The notes under the pieces are model-generated. The model did not search any database, had not been told where the DNA came from, and saw only the letters and a list, made by a program, of their open reading frames with translations. Positions 54,101 through 64,000 of a stretch of 64,000 nucleotides of DNA are shown here, one piece after another (positions within the stretch are counted from its first letter, which is position 1; the number at the start of each line of letters is the position of its first letter). Made by a program: the position numbers and the translations under genes. The DNA lies in assembly GCA_020137815.1 (NCBI GenBank), contig CM035357.1, positions 7,130,001 through 7,194,000 on the forward strand, read 5' to 3'. Source of the DNA: Hormiphora californensis (lineage: Eukaryota; Animalia; Ctenophora).

Positions 54101-55604
54101 TTGTCTCGGTTAGTTTTACAAGGGCAAGCATCTCCAGAAACTCTTTCTCAGTGGCGTCATTTTGGGCACCCCATTCAGTGACATGGGAAGTGATGAGATT
54201 GCTCATATCCACAGTGTACTTGGTGTACTCGTTCATAATCTTCACAAGATCTTCCTCTATCAGGAGAATCCTCTTGTCCAGACTTTTGATAGACTTTGAA
54301 TCACTGAGCAGCTGGACATCCCGATCAAGTGCTCGTTCCATCCACAAAACTCGATTGTCGTGTTCTTTTCTCAGTCGAGCAATGGATTCGATGAACTTCT
54401 CCTGAGTTTTCCGGAAATCGTCCATGAACGTAACATAACGGGAAGAAACTCGTATTGCATGGTCTTTGATGGTACCACAATATTCATGCTTTTCAGAGAT
54501 CGATTTTCCGAGAGTGTCCACGATAATATTTTGTGATTTGTTAACATTTTTCTCAAAATCAACGAAAATTTGGTACACAGCATGCTCAAACAGTTGGATA
54601 GAGTCACTCTTATCAAGTGAGACATTGTTTTTGAGAAACCCCTTCATATAAGCGATATGACCGTACAGCAGAGTGAATCTTTCTCGGTAAACATCAACAG
54701 AGTATTCCTCGTAGCGGCAAATAACATTATTACACCCGGCCAACTGTCCACCAATTTTATCGAATAACTTTGCGGCAGATTCAGGTTTCAGAGGCATCTC
54801 GTTACCCAATCTAGCGACCATTTCCTGGATCTTGGATTCTATCTCTTCCAATGTCTCCACAGCCGAGTTTTGAGCCTCAATCACCGCTCTCGGATGAAGG
54901 AATTTATCGTCATTACTCATCTCGCTTATCTTTCTGATGTTCTGACGAGTCAGGTTGTCTCTCCATGTGGAAAGTTTTAGAACCCAGGATTTATGCCATG
55001 CGTTCACTCGGGCCACGACACTCATTTTTATATCACTGGTGGTTTTAGCATACATCCGGTAGTTGGTGATAGCACTCTCATTTTGTGTTTTAATCTGCTC
55101 ATTGAAGAACACATCGAGCTCGTTGTTGTTCCGGTGGCAATCCCGGGTCACCGCATGAAAGTGTCCCTGCATCAGGTCCCGTATCAAATCCAGTCGTTCC
55201 CGTTCAGCCGATACAAACTGTTCATATAGCTGGTTGACATGTTCAAACATACTCTTCGATGTTTTGGAGATGAGTGTCCAGGTGTCGTGGAATTGCTCAG
55301 AGGATGTGTCGAGGTCTAGTAGGTCTAGTGTTTTAGTTATCTCCGTCACAGCATGCCTGTCGGTCTCTAGATATTGTTCAGAAGCCTCATACAACCTCCG
55401 TTGAACGTTTTCTCCAATTTCTTTCAGCCCTGCTTCATATTCAGTGAGCTTATTCGCATATTTCTCGTAAAGTGATCGGTTAACTTTCTCGACAATGCTA
55501 GATTTAGTTGGAGAAACCTTGAGAACATCAGGTAGCAGTCGGACGGAGACGATTGGACTAGTGGCGTCTGGATAGCATTCAGTGCTGTTTCGTATCAGTT
55601 CCAT
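51156..55604 (-). CDS. CCDC180: Coiled-coil domain-containing protein 180 (CFAP76)-like ciliary protein, one 4.4-kb ORF
   Basis: 1482-aa helical ORF; N-terminal VRLLPD..SSIVEKV segment and C-terminal QLKPALAHPGNHDILDKL resemble the DUF4455/DUF4456 regions of CCDC180 (recalled, not searched). Confidence 0.7.
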   Translation of the reverse strand: MELIRNSTECYPDATSPIVSVRLLPDVLKVSPTKSSIVEKVNRSLYEKYANKLTEYEAGLKEIGENVQRRLYEASEQYLETDRHAVTEITKTLDLLDLDTSSEQFHDTWTLISKTSKSMFEHVNQLYEQFVSAERERLDLIRDLMQGHFHAVTRDCHRNNNELDVFFNEQIKTQNESAITNYRMYAKTTSDIKMSVVARVNAWHKSWVLKLSTWRDNLTRQNIRKISEMSNDDKFLHPRAVIEAQNSAVETLEEIESKIQEMVARLGNEMPLKPESAAKLFDKIGGQLAGCNNVICRYEEYSVDVYRERFTLLYGHIAYMKGFLKNNVSLDKSDSIQLFEHAVYQIFVDFEKNVNKSQNIIVDTLGKSISEKHEYCGTIKDHAIRVSSRYVTFMDDFRKTQEKFIESIARLRKEHDNRVLWMERALDRDVQLLSDSKSIKSLDKRILLIEEDLVKIMNEYTKYTVDMSNLITSHVTEWGAQNDATEKEFLEMLALVKLTETTSNPLHSFVESDTVYLRVDTADDCFECVTSFKDTCARVTITAFNRLRSCYLKTVKNNAETALSKVKAEAQLRRDVHGDRLQQIKNENYAHRKAEIESFRQQIDLFWDEVTCGEKKYTKLFGELCQNTEKIVEEFKLEMKNLGQSVSSIDSSVELMSIAPQIAAKQETAKESLDKAIGEFQANILHHKTYIRDEHIKLMNYADQNNLKFSNNLKIKNEFDEFSELAEDMVVRAGKEHSKKETVIEQGGISLSHYKRTLFCVFYLERRHEILKQTKMKIKSEAVGSKKEMALFEKAVERFLSDKPIEDRAQLLEQVNDYTKLYVQAKALLNMFNYSSGVGDAAEPCVSMDRLDRRYWKFEKGANPSFDATFIKEIMDAAKKTSKNVTPSDTIPKADANWKTPRIKIVKEFVSGRIRCRYGVGVRFEPPKVNPKMQKLREHLGNNMPGFWLNRAIESGKKDSTRSEEEHLAIVHSACAKLRERSNSRVSKKNLEQLRKYLPQIAEMGKSARRGGGRGEESSSRSSRETSPRVQSTKSLSRPSTADPSLGSLPKISSTSTSASSDRKESVILPAITRTPSPGSSSGGRRTPGRGRNTPVKGVERRTSSDQADMEKTFSLIRTAEFLMKTDSNASSNKEITVYDFNKTDDMTMKEMLFDPIGFFCLKQRSYDINVVSNIIVSVSEKTKFYMRQTLEEFVIMSEIFFRQKNLIIPKKSMPKDADEAAKTFELDIQKNLKKVLKFCDEGVEKVKTSIHQLNAKQVLFSARVFGSISTFHEKEATAVKCQFDIQLNRIIGTVDDQKRHFFSQLKPALAHPGNHDILDKLDAEVQVLIEETKVQLITSKSALFEKLITIKTDTMTEIEQYRTRLYNLADITMIPGYIRRITRTKFRGVVHQACLNVPELSPRTLMGLFAEEVPEIELLESKLYSNVATESARAVVRVNKLHEKLLAEVGRVIEGQRVSADKWLVYWQRNVGELKGSVVGI

Positions 55605-55915
55605 ACAGCTGAAACACGGGAGAGTGTACTGTATTAGAAAATTTCGCTCTGGACGACAGAATTCATGGACCCGTTCTTCTGGTTTGCAGCTAATTACTAC
55701 AAAAAGTCACTGGCAGTTCGCAGGCGGTTCGACGTTCGTGAGGGCCCAGTGAGTCACTGGACCCTCACGAACCTCCCTGGGGACCCGACTACCGAAGGTA
55801 GTCAATTCGCTCGGTGGGGGGCGCCGGACGGGCTATCAAGAGTTTAAATTTGGGTCCTGAAAGAAAACCGGCAAACAAAAAAAGACCAAAGGAGAAAAAA
55901 CAAAAAAAAATACTA

Positions 55916-56015
55916 CACAACCCACTAGGGACCTCAGGGGTGAAACGGTGCAGAGCAGCCACTAGACACGGTGAGGTGTGGATCAAGTCATCATATGGTC
56001 CCTGTGTGGGTTGTG
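55916..56015 (-). ncRNA. Candidate box C/D snoRNA
   Basis: Long terminal stem CACAACCCAC.CAGGGACC / GGTCCCTA.GTGGGTTGTG, 2 nt + C box ATGATGA (55994-55988), D box CTGA (55937-55934) in kink-turn geometry; ~75 nt upstream of a strong polypyrimidine acceptor (AG at 55858-55857). Confidence 0.5.
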
Positions 56016-56097
56016 CAGAAAAATAACTTAATCAAACGCCTACACACTAAAAAATTGATAAATAATATAAAAATAGTCTCTCATCACTAATGACATT

Positions 56098-59000
56098 TCA
56101 AAGGTTGAAGTCAAAATTGTCCAGTGTTGGTGTTCTTAAGGGTATCCTACAACCTCTCAAGCTCCTCAAAGTTGACCTAAGGATGGAGAATCTCAACTTT
56201 TGCTTTATTGTAGCCATTACCTCTGCGGATATCTTTCTCCGTGTTTTTCCTCAATCCTTGAGGCAGCTTTCTTCAGGGTTTTCATGAATTCGTCTCCGAG
56301 TCCTCCTGTAGTTGACATTATCAGAGGGGTGAATGAGCCCCCTTCCACCATCTGTACTCTCCTCATGTAGCTTCTCTTCTTCCTCTGTTCATGGTCTCTG
56401 TACAGAGATGTTGGAGGTGTTGAGAGATATGATGCAGAATTGGCATGGACAACTCTGACATCGAAGAAGTTCAGTTGTTCAGGCTGCCACAATCCGGTTC
56501 CGACAATGTCCATACGGGCATCCCTATCTTGATTTGTCCAATGTGGGAGCCTTTCGGCAAAGTCATCACAAGGTTGCAGGAGTCGTTCAGTCTCTACTCC
56601 TTTCACACCTGCATAGCTGAGAATTTCAGCTGTAGCGTCTCGGATCTTGTCGTGTCTCATGATAGTGTATCCTCCTTTGGCACAACTGAGGGCGTGGTTT
56701 ACATCGTTGTCCTTACCGCATGCACATCGGAGGTTAAGATCAGGGAAGTGAAGTCCGAATCTTAGGCGCATAGCGTCATGGAATTCCTGCTTCGTGAGTT
56801 CGTAACCAAGACTATCGATTGGCCGAGCTGTTAGCCATGAGGATGCTCCTGGTTCAGTGTTGAGAGCTAGAAGACGCTGGCCGTAACTATCCATCATTGT
56901 GTGGATGATCTTGAAGTTTGCTTGATGTCTGGTTTTGGTGGCTAGCTCACACTCTGTAATCTTCTCAGAAACGGCTTTGTCTAGTCGAGCGACAACTGCA
57001 TGATCATGGATTTCTTCAGACAGTAAGTGGTTGACCAACGGTTCTGTGCAAAATCTGGAGTGGGTGTAAGCATGGTTCGCAGTTTCGACAGGGTTGTCCA
57101 AACCTAGTCTGCCCATTCTGACCGGTAGAGCCAACAAGCAGCGTTGCTGATCATTTACGTGGGTGCCTAGTAGAACCGGGATCAGCTCGTGTCTAATAAT
57201 GTCCTCCAGGGGCTTGAAGAGCGTTCCAATGTCTGGAACTGTTCTCTGAACATATCCCCATTTGAACTTCAGATTTCTTGTGAAGTTGGAGTAGGCTAGA
57301 TGAGGATGGGTGCGACCAATGCTAACCAGATTTTTCAACGAGTCAGCCCAACCTGCGACTAGATCCATAATATATTCATTTCTGAATTCTTCTGATCCGA
57401 TCACAGCTCCCAAGTGTCTGGCTCCTCTCTTAGTGACAGTGACTCCCGTATCCTTGAAAAGGTTGATCGCCTCATCGTAGTATTCCGGTTTTACTATTAG
57501 GATACTCTTCCCTGGGTTGACGTGGTATCCAAATGACGCACCGTTGATGTATACGTCCTCGTACCAGTCAAGTAGATTGGAAATAGTTCCGGCCGCATTG
57601 CCGTCATCGGCAAACCAAGCTTGAAAGGTATCATGTTGCTCTACTAGGTCGATTAGAGGAGCGATACCTACACAGTATAATCCCATAGAAGAGGGACATC
57701 CCTGGGTGGCACCTTCTTCACTGCTCAGGATATTACCTCCAGTGTACAAGTCGCGAGGGGAACCATATAGGTTGGTGAAAAATGTGTTCATGATGGGGCA
57801 GACCACACTGGAGTGATATAAAGCCAATTTGCGATTTAACGAGTTGAAGGCATTGCGGGCGTCTAGGAGGAGTACTCCCTGGCATTCCGGGCTTGAAAAC
57901 TTGTCGTTGAGCGCATGTATAGCTGCCTCACAACCACCATTTGTCCCTGCGGCAAGCTGGAACTTCCCTGCCGTCACCTGAATTTCTTGCTTTTGACTTC
58001 TCATAACTGATTTGGCCAAAACTCTCCTCCAAGTTTCACCTATTCCAATAGGTCGAGTGCCACCATTGGATTTCGCCATGGGTATGAGTTTGGAAGCGCA
58101 GAAGATATCAAGGAATCGAGGGTGGATGGGACTGGTTGCTAACTTCCGGGCCACCATGCTGAGACTGTCACGGAGGTCGGTGGTAGATCTTTTGAACTTC
58201 CTAGAACAAAGGATCCGTTGGATGCCGACCGCGTCTAATCCACTCGGGCCTGCAGATCCTCGCAGGTTTCTGGCACATTTGTAGATCGACTCGCCTGTAA
58301 TTTTGTCGAAAGTTACAGGAAAGTGCATGTTTGGAGGCCCGTGTAGAGTCGATTTACTGCTCATGGGGCATGAAGGTGGGTGCTTGTTCTCCAGGTCTTC
58401 TAACACTTTGGGAGTGCATGGCTTTGGTCCCAAGGAATGTCTCTCTGATTCCAGCCAACCAGTGGCTTCTGATGACTGACCACGCCTCATGAGATTTATA
58501 AATCTGTCATCACAAGCAGACTTGGACTGGGTTAAAATGCGGGAACAGAGTGGTTTCTGGATAGCTTGGCCTTCTTTGACCAATTCGTCGAATTTACCAT
58601 TCGACCAAAGCTCGAGTCTTCGCTTCAGGTGCACTTTGTGTTCTTTGGCCTTGGACTTTCTGGAAGGCTTCTGCAGAATTAAAGCGGGTGCCAGAATTGT
58701 AGCTGAGAGGGCGTAACATTCAGATTCAGGATTCGATACGAACAGTTTCGTGAGTCGAGTCAGTTCGTCTAAGAAGGATTGCCCTTCTTTCCCAAAGGGA
58801 TCCCTAATAAAGTTGTGACTTGTCACCAAACATGTGGTTCCCGTGGCGGCGCGGCTTCAAAATGCGCGATTGTAACTTGTCACCGCATGGTTTACGCCGC
58901 GCCGCAGCTACGCGCAGTGGGAACCACGTGCGTTTTGGTACGCGCACACGCGGTGACAAGTCACAACCGCGCCTCCGCAAGACTACAGTGACAAGTCACA

Positions 59001-59270
59001 ACTTTATTAGGGATCCCTAAAGGGTACCAGGAACAAGTTCGGAGTCCAGCTACTCGTAATCCTCACTATCTCATCAAACTTGCTGATAAGTTCCTGCCCA
59101 TTGAGGTTTTTCCATACATCACGTTCTGAGATCTCTGGCAGAGGGGTTTCGGGTGGGTTACCCAATTTACACATTGAACATATGGTAAATGGAGGAGTCA
59201 CAGAATCTTCACTTTCGGTTGATGTACATGACGGGTGTATGTATCCTAGGCAAAAACAATCTGAAAACAA
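56098..59270 (-). mobile_element. CRE-clade non-LTR retrotransposon (PHD-like finger, RT, CCHC, RLE endonuclease), degenerate
   Basis: RT motifs RPIGIGE, LDARNAFN, GATQGCP, FADD; CACG...HALSC..GG....RHD; RMD..DVRV..E..K RLE core. MITE insertion at ~58796-59018; frameshift at ~56229 hides the tail EVMATIKQKLRFSILRS...FNL*. Confidence 0.88.
58796..59018. mobile_element. MITE inserted in the CRE ORF (PIF/Harbinger-like termini)
   Basis: TIR AGGGATCCCTAATAAAGTTGTGACTTGTCAC; removal restores NLFLVPFGKEGQSF; short A-rich duplication. Confidence 0.8.
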
Positions 59271-59323
59271 AACAATAAATCAATTCATCCTCGGATCAAT
59301 TTATCCTCGGATCCTCAAGTTCT

Positions 59324-60425
59324 TCAGGTCACCAGTTCAGTATTTGTTAGACTAGTGATAGCAATCTTCCTCCGATTTCCTCTTAATGCAATAAGGCATG
59401 ATCTCAGGAGGGAGAATCGTAGCCTCGTCCTCAGGTGCGCCATCACTTCACTGTACGGTTCTCCGGTTCTTGTGGAGACTCGGTGTGAGAGAGTCTTGAG
59501 CACCTTTTGGAACTCGTTGGCTATCCCGCCTGCTGTATTCATAACCAATACAATACAATACAATACAAAATAAACATTTATAGTCCGCTCTTTAACTGTC
59601 CGTTTTACGGTTCAGCACAAGTTCTGCTGTTGGAAGAAGGAAAAATTCATCATTCCATCCTCTTTCATCCCCAACAGCCCTCGCTCCAAAAGCGGCTAGT
59701 TTTACTACAAGATTATGATTTTTCTTATGTTCTGAAAGATGTTTTGTTAATATATTTGAAAGGTTGAGAAAATAATTTAGGAGATCCTATCACTGCAGAA
59801 AATGCAGTAGTGCACATGATATTCAAGGATCTAAAAGATCCAAAAGAAGCAAATTGAAGACCGCCCCTATCGGGGATATTGATACTAGGATACCTATACT
59901 GAAACCTGTGTGCGAAGTTGCACATAGAATACTTGAAGAAGATGTATCATGTAGCATTTCCAATTTCCAGTAATTCAGTTGACCAACTTGGAGTAGTAGA
60001 AGCCACTTGCCGACTGCTTTAACACTTACAAGTCCTCACATATCATTCTATTTTCTCGCAAGCTCTCTTTTTCTTTTTTCTTTTTTTTTTTTTTTTTTTT
60101 TTCAACTTCTCTTACACGCTTTCCGTACGACTGCTTCTTGCTAGCCTCGTTTCTTCGGTAGAGTTGGTCGAGGGGCGTGTCGATATAGGAGGGCGAATTG
60201 GCATGGAAAATTCGCACATCCATATGAGCCAGCTGCATTTTTCGCCACATGTCAAGTGCTATCACATCCATCCTTGCATCAGGGGCTGTGTTTGCCGAAG
60301 GGTGAAAGTGTATGCCGTCCGGACAAGGGAGAAGTAGCTTCTCTGTTTCCACACCTTTGAGGCCCGCATACGAGCATATCTCCGTCATTAGGTCCCTGAT
60401 GTTGTCGTGACGGAGGATGGAATAG
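59324..60425 (-). pseudogene. 3' part (RLE domain) of a second, divergent CRE-like element, split by a ~555-bp insertion
   Basis: YSILRHDNIRD...ARMDV...MDVRIFHANSPSY...KRVREVE (60425-60103) and LVMNTAGG...LRFSLLRSCLIALRG (59545-59324). The insertion 59546-60102 has a (TATTG)n end and an A-run on the minus strand. Confidence 0.8.
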
Positions 60426-60960
60426 CAACAATCCGTTTTTCTCGATTTTCGAGGCCAGGTTGGTTCGGGAAAAAATCCCGGACGTGCTGCGCGTTTCGGC
60501 ACTATCTCTTGATTCTTGAAGTTTGTGCTGCACACTTGCGCCGCGGCGAAGACATTTCTAAAAACGCTGCAAAAAGGAGCCGCGCAGTTGTACAGCTTTT
60601 TTAAATAAAATTTATTTGGACTTCTAAAATTTTTTGTTGGGCTTCGAGAATTTAAAATTTAAAAACTTTAGATTTCTCAAAAATCAAAATTTAAAGCGCC
60701 CTTAAAAATCAGGCTTTGAATCGAAACGCGCTGCCTTATTCTGAACAACCCATAGCAGATTGGCATACGGCACACACCCCCTCTAGACTTTATTCTCTTG
60801 GGGCGTCTGCTGCAGGCCCCAATTTCTAGCGAGACGCAAACCTCTCTCAAACGACCACGAACTATGAAGACGTGATTGGTACCTAAACAGTCAGTATCTA
60901 ATAAACACTTCTCTCTCTCTCTAGAAGACTGTAGAGGTTAAGCCTTAAAGACCCTCAAGA

Positions 60961-61939
60961 ATGGTCGTTTCCTCTGTTTTACAAGAAAAGTACCCTGGCT
61001 ACTGCGTGAAAGATGTTGCCATTAACTGGCACGGGACGAAAATGGCTGTGTGTTCCAACAACTGTGTTGATATTTGGTCTAAAAACAGCCAAGATCAGTG
61101 GATAAAGGAACCTGTAGGTATTGATCTGGATAAATCGAAAGTTATCCAGCGTGTAACTTGGACACACCCTGAGTTTGGCCAAGTGTTGGCCATGTCCACG
61201 CTCAATGAGATAACGATCTGGGAGTTCACTGCTGACAGTGGCGGTACGTGGATTAACCGAACTACTCAAACTATTTCTGAGCCGCGACACCTTGTTATCA
61301 ATGATGTCAAGTTCAGTCCAGCGTACTCTGGTGTAGTTAAGAACCGGAATCTCGAGTTGGCGTACTGCACGGACAGTGGCCAGGGTCAGCTGAAAATTTG
61401 GAGGTGCAAGAACGCTAAATGATCTCAAAGATTGGGAGATTGTGAAAGAAATCAATGCGAAGGAACCCTTTACTTTCACCTGTCTGGATTGGTACGTTAG
61501 CCCCAGCGAGTCTCTGATTGCAGTGGGAACTGTCGATAACTCAGTCCGGGAACAGCAGGGACAAGTCCGACTCTACGAGTACGATACCCAACGGCAAGAC
61601 TGGCTCTTCAGGGACGTCGTAGCTAAGTCGCTCAACAGCAAAGTTTACGATGTATCGTTTGCCCCTAATCCCGGTAGGTCATTCCACACTGTTGCAGTAG
61701 CTGCATCGGACCTACAAGTTAAATCATTCCGTCTGGAGGGCGACAGGATTTCTTTAGTAAGAGAAAAGGAGAATGTTGTCGATGACCAGGAGAATAGGGT
61801 CCAGGTATGGAAAGTATCGTGGTCCTGTCTTGGAACCAGTTTGTGTACAACGGGAGATGATGGTCTCCTGAGGATGTGGAAAAACAGTGCTCACTGGGAG
61901 TGCACTAGGAAACTGAAATGGAATGGGGTAGAGCCTTAG
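60961..61939 (+). CDS. SEH1L: Nucleoporin Seh1 (WD40), intronless, +1 frameshift at ~61418
   Basis: VTWTHPEFGQVLA, DVKFSP, DVSFAPNPGRSFHTVAVA, QVWKVSW..LGTSLCTTGDDG.LRMWK. Removing one A in GCTAAATGAT fuses both ORFs into ~325 aa. Confidence 0.88.
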
Positions 61940-62197
61940 GTCGACTTAGTTTTAGGTGTTCTTTGTTTAGGTGGAGTGACGAAATGATAAAGGCGGGAGT
62001 TGAACTCTTAAATAATATACCCTCATAAAATTATTACGGGATGCCATATTTTTAACTGTTTTTAAAACTCGTGTCATGTGTTTATTTGATATACAACGTT
62101 GTTCTTCGTCTAATAATATTTTCATGTCAAACATATTATGTGTGTGTTTATGTCTCCAGTTGTCCAATCCACATAATTGTCTCCCATTTGTGTGACA

Positions 62198-62294
62198 TAG
62201 TCGGACCCGATTTATCGGGATGCTCGGAGAAAGGGTTTTTCCCGGTAAATCGGGGTTCCGGTATATCGGGGCCCGGTAAATCGGGGTCCAACTG
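62198..62294. mobile_element. Short copy of the Tc1/mariner MITE family seen at 39710
   Basis: AGTCGGACCCGATTTA...TAAATCGGGGTCCAACTG|TA. Confidence 0.75.
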
Positions 62295-62519
62295 TACATA
62301 ATATCCCTTCATCATGGAATATAACCTACGTGCTAGACAGTATAATATCTGCATATTTCAGGTCTTTTATCCCAATGGAAGTTAAAATTTATTCCCATTC
62401 CTGGGAATTAGTTCTTTTGGCGGTGTTGCACTAGAAATTAATGGCCTCCCCTGCTTGACCCAGTCGCCACATTAATAATAGTATGCAGTTTAGTGTTGCA
62501 GGATAGGGTCTAACTAATC

Positions 62520-62629
62520 CAGGAACCGACCGAATCATGAAATACTGGTCCCTGATTGGCTGATTACCAGTCACGTGACCTAAATAACGAGTTTCTGATT
62601 GGTTGTTTACTTGTTTCGGTCGGTTCCTG
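62520..62629. mobile_element. Complete 110-bp hAT-type MITE with CCAAT/E-box core
   Basis: TIRs CAGGAACCGACCGAA / TTCGGTCGGTTCCTG (same family as 17020-18424); degenerate 8-bp TSD AACTAATC / AATTAAGC. Confidence 0.8.
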
Positions 62630-62769
62630 AATTAAGCCATGATGTCGATTTTATCCCTTCTTCATGATTATACCGCTGATGCATTATATACCGGATACCC
62701 CCACTATAATCCCTCTTTTCCCAATTAAAATCCCCCTCTTTCTAATGCCCTCTACTCTAGTATGGCAAG

Positions 62770-63549
62770 ATGGGTGCAAGTTCAGGAGTCACAGAGGAGA
62801 ATGTATACGTGATGCAGATAGACTCGGCGAAGGGTACAACAGAAACACAAAACCATCATGCCGCCCCCACAGACAACACCGTGAATAACAATTGTAACAA
62901 CCATTGCTTCAACCCAGCCCCATTAAATGAGGGTGGACCTTCCCCAAAGTGGTATGTTATATTCAGCGCCCCTGATATATATTGATTCACCAATAGATCA
63001 TATTGTGTTGTATTCGATATTATAGCTGGACTAGTGGACTAATTCCTTTGTTTATATTAGTGCTTGTCGAGCCTGATTCATATTGTTATTTTAATGCGGT
63101 TGTCCTAATATATATCGCATTTTACGAGTTTCCCTGTGCATAAAATGCATATTTAATAAAATATGCGTTTTTCGCCTCAGTTTTTATCAAGGAGTAGGAC
63201 TATTACATTAGCTTGTGATTCTTGGGATAACGAGAACAACACTGAATATCAGGCTATTTTCTAGTTTAATAATATATTCCAATAAGGAAATATATACCGC
63301 TATCCCTCTATTAAATCCCACATGTAACGAGCTCCTTCTCAGTAAGGGTAAAGTGAAGGACACGACCCCAGAGCACCGACCTATGGGTGTCTCCCAAACA
63401 CCCACAGGAACCACCATGCCGCCACCCCTGGTGACACCCCTAGTGACACCATCCGCGGAAACAAAGTCCCTGCCTGAGCACACCCGCAAGGGCAGCTCCA
63501 GCAGCTTCAAGACGAACGGGAGTGCTAAAAAGGGCGACACATTGTCTAG
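62770..63549 (+). CDS. First two coding exons of an unidentified gene continuing beyond the window
   Basis: Exons 62770-62951 and 63343-63549 with GT/AG sites and matching phase 2; low-complexity N-terminus, no recognisable domain. Confidence 0.5.
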
Positions 63550-63828
63550 GTAAGATGTTACAAGTTTAAACAAGAAGTTTTGTTCAAGCTCCAGATAAAT
63601 TTTTCGAGCACTGTCACCAGCAACCCTAAGTATAGGTACATTGTTAGGAATACTTTCAATCGTTGTCTGTCACTATATCGATAAGATTCTCACACAGTGT
63701 GCTTTCCCACTATAACAGCAGCACTGTCGGCCCCTCCTTCTTTTATTTTATTTCTCCTGTTTCTTCTCTCGAACAGTGACTCCGCTTTATAATAATTGCA
63801 ATATTTATATATATTCTCTCCCTCTCTT

Positions 63829-63907
<79 letters not shown>

Positions 63908-64000
63908 CTCTCTATCTCTCCGTTTCGTGCAATCTCTCTCGTTCCAGGCTCGATAAATGGTTAATACTATCTCTTAGATTTTATGCGTTGATGCGTCTGT

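Noticed and set aside
51160-55229. Plus-strand ORFs overlapping CCDC180
   Set aside because: Shadow frames of a long coding sequence.
55930-56090. Hammerhead or HDV ribozyme, or a U6-like sequence (TGAAACGGTGCAGAG)
   Set aside because: CUGANGA and GAAA cores do not occur on one strand with the required stems; the U6 resemblance is short and lacks ACAGAGA.

Overview
Repeat-rich eukaryotic genomic scaffold with a 100-N gap at 22715-22814. It is an invertebrate animal; a ctenophore is plausible from the LDLa-GPCR type, but that is inference. The main host gene is a 10-exon CATSPER2 orthologue on the minus strand (50960->27438, ~489 aa), rebuilt by hand from GT/AG exons that the ORF track only partly shows. 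Its introns hold three nested genes: an LDLa-repeat GPCR, a secreted C-type lectin and an intronless papain-family cathepsin. A 4.4-kb CCDC180-like ORF ends 195 bp upstream of the CATSPER2 ATG. Further right are a candidate box C/D snoRNA plus hairpin cluster, two tandem CRE-clade RT-RLE retroelements, a frameshifted intronless SEH1 and the first exons of an unknown gene. The left third holds nested Chapaev-like palindromic elements and a very young Ty3/gypsy element whose integrase is interrupted by a hAT-type element. The empty allele of both insertions is assembled just after the gap. Many non-autonomous elements have resolvable TSDs, including an ORF1-only LINE derivative and a 2.2-kb element built from E2F/YY1-like GGCGCC repeats. 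All coordinates and homology calls were made by eye, without database searches.
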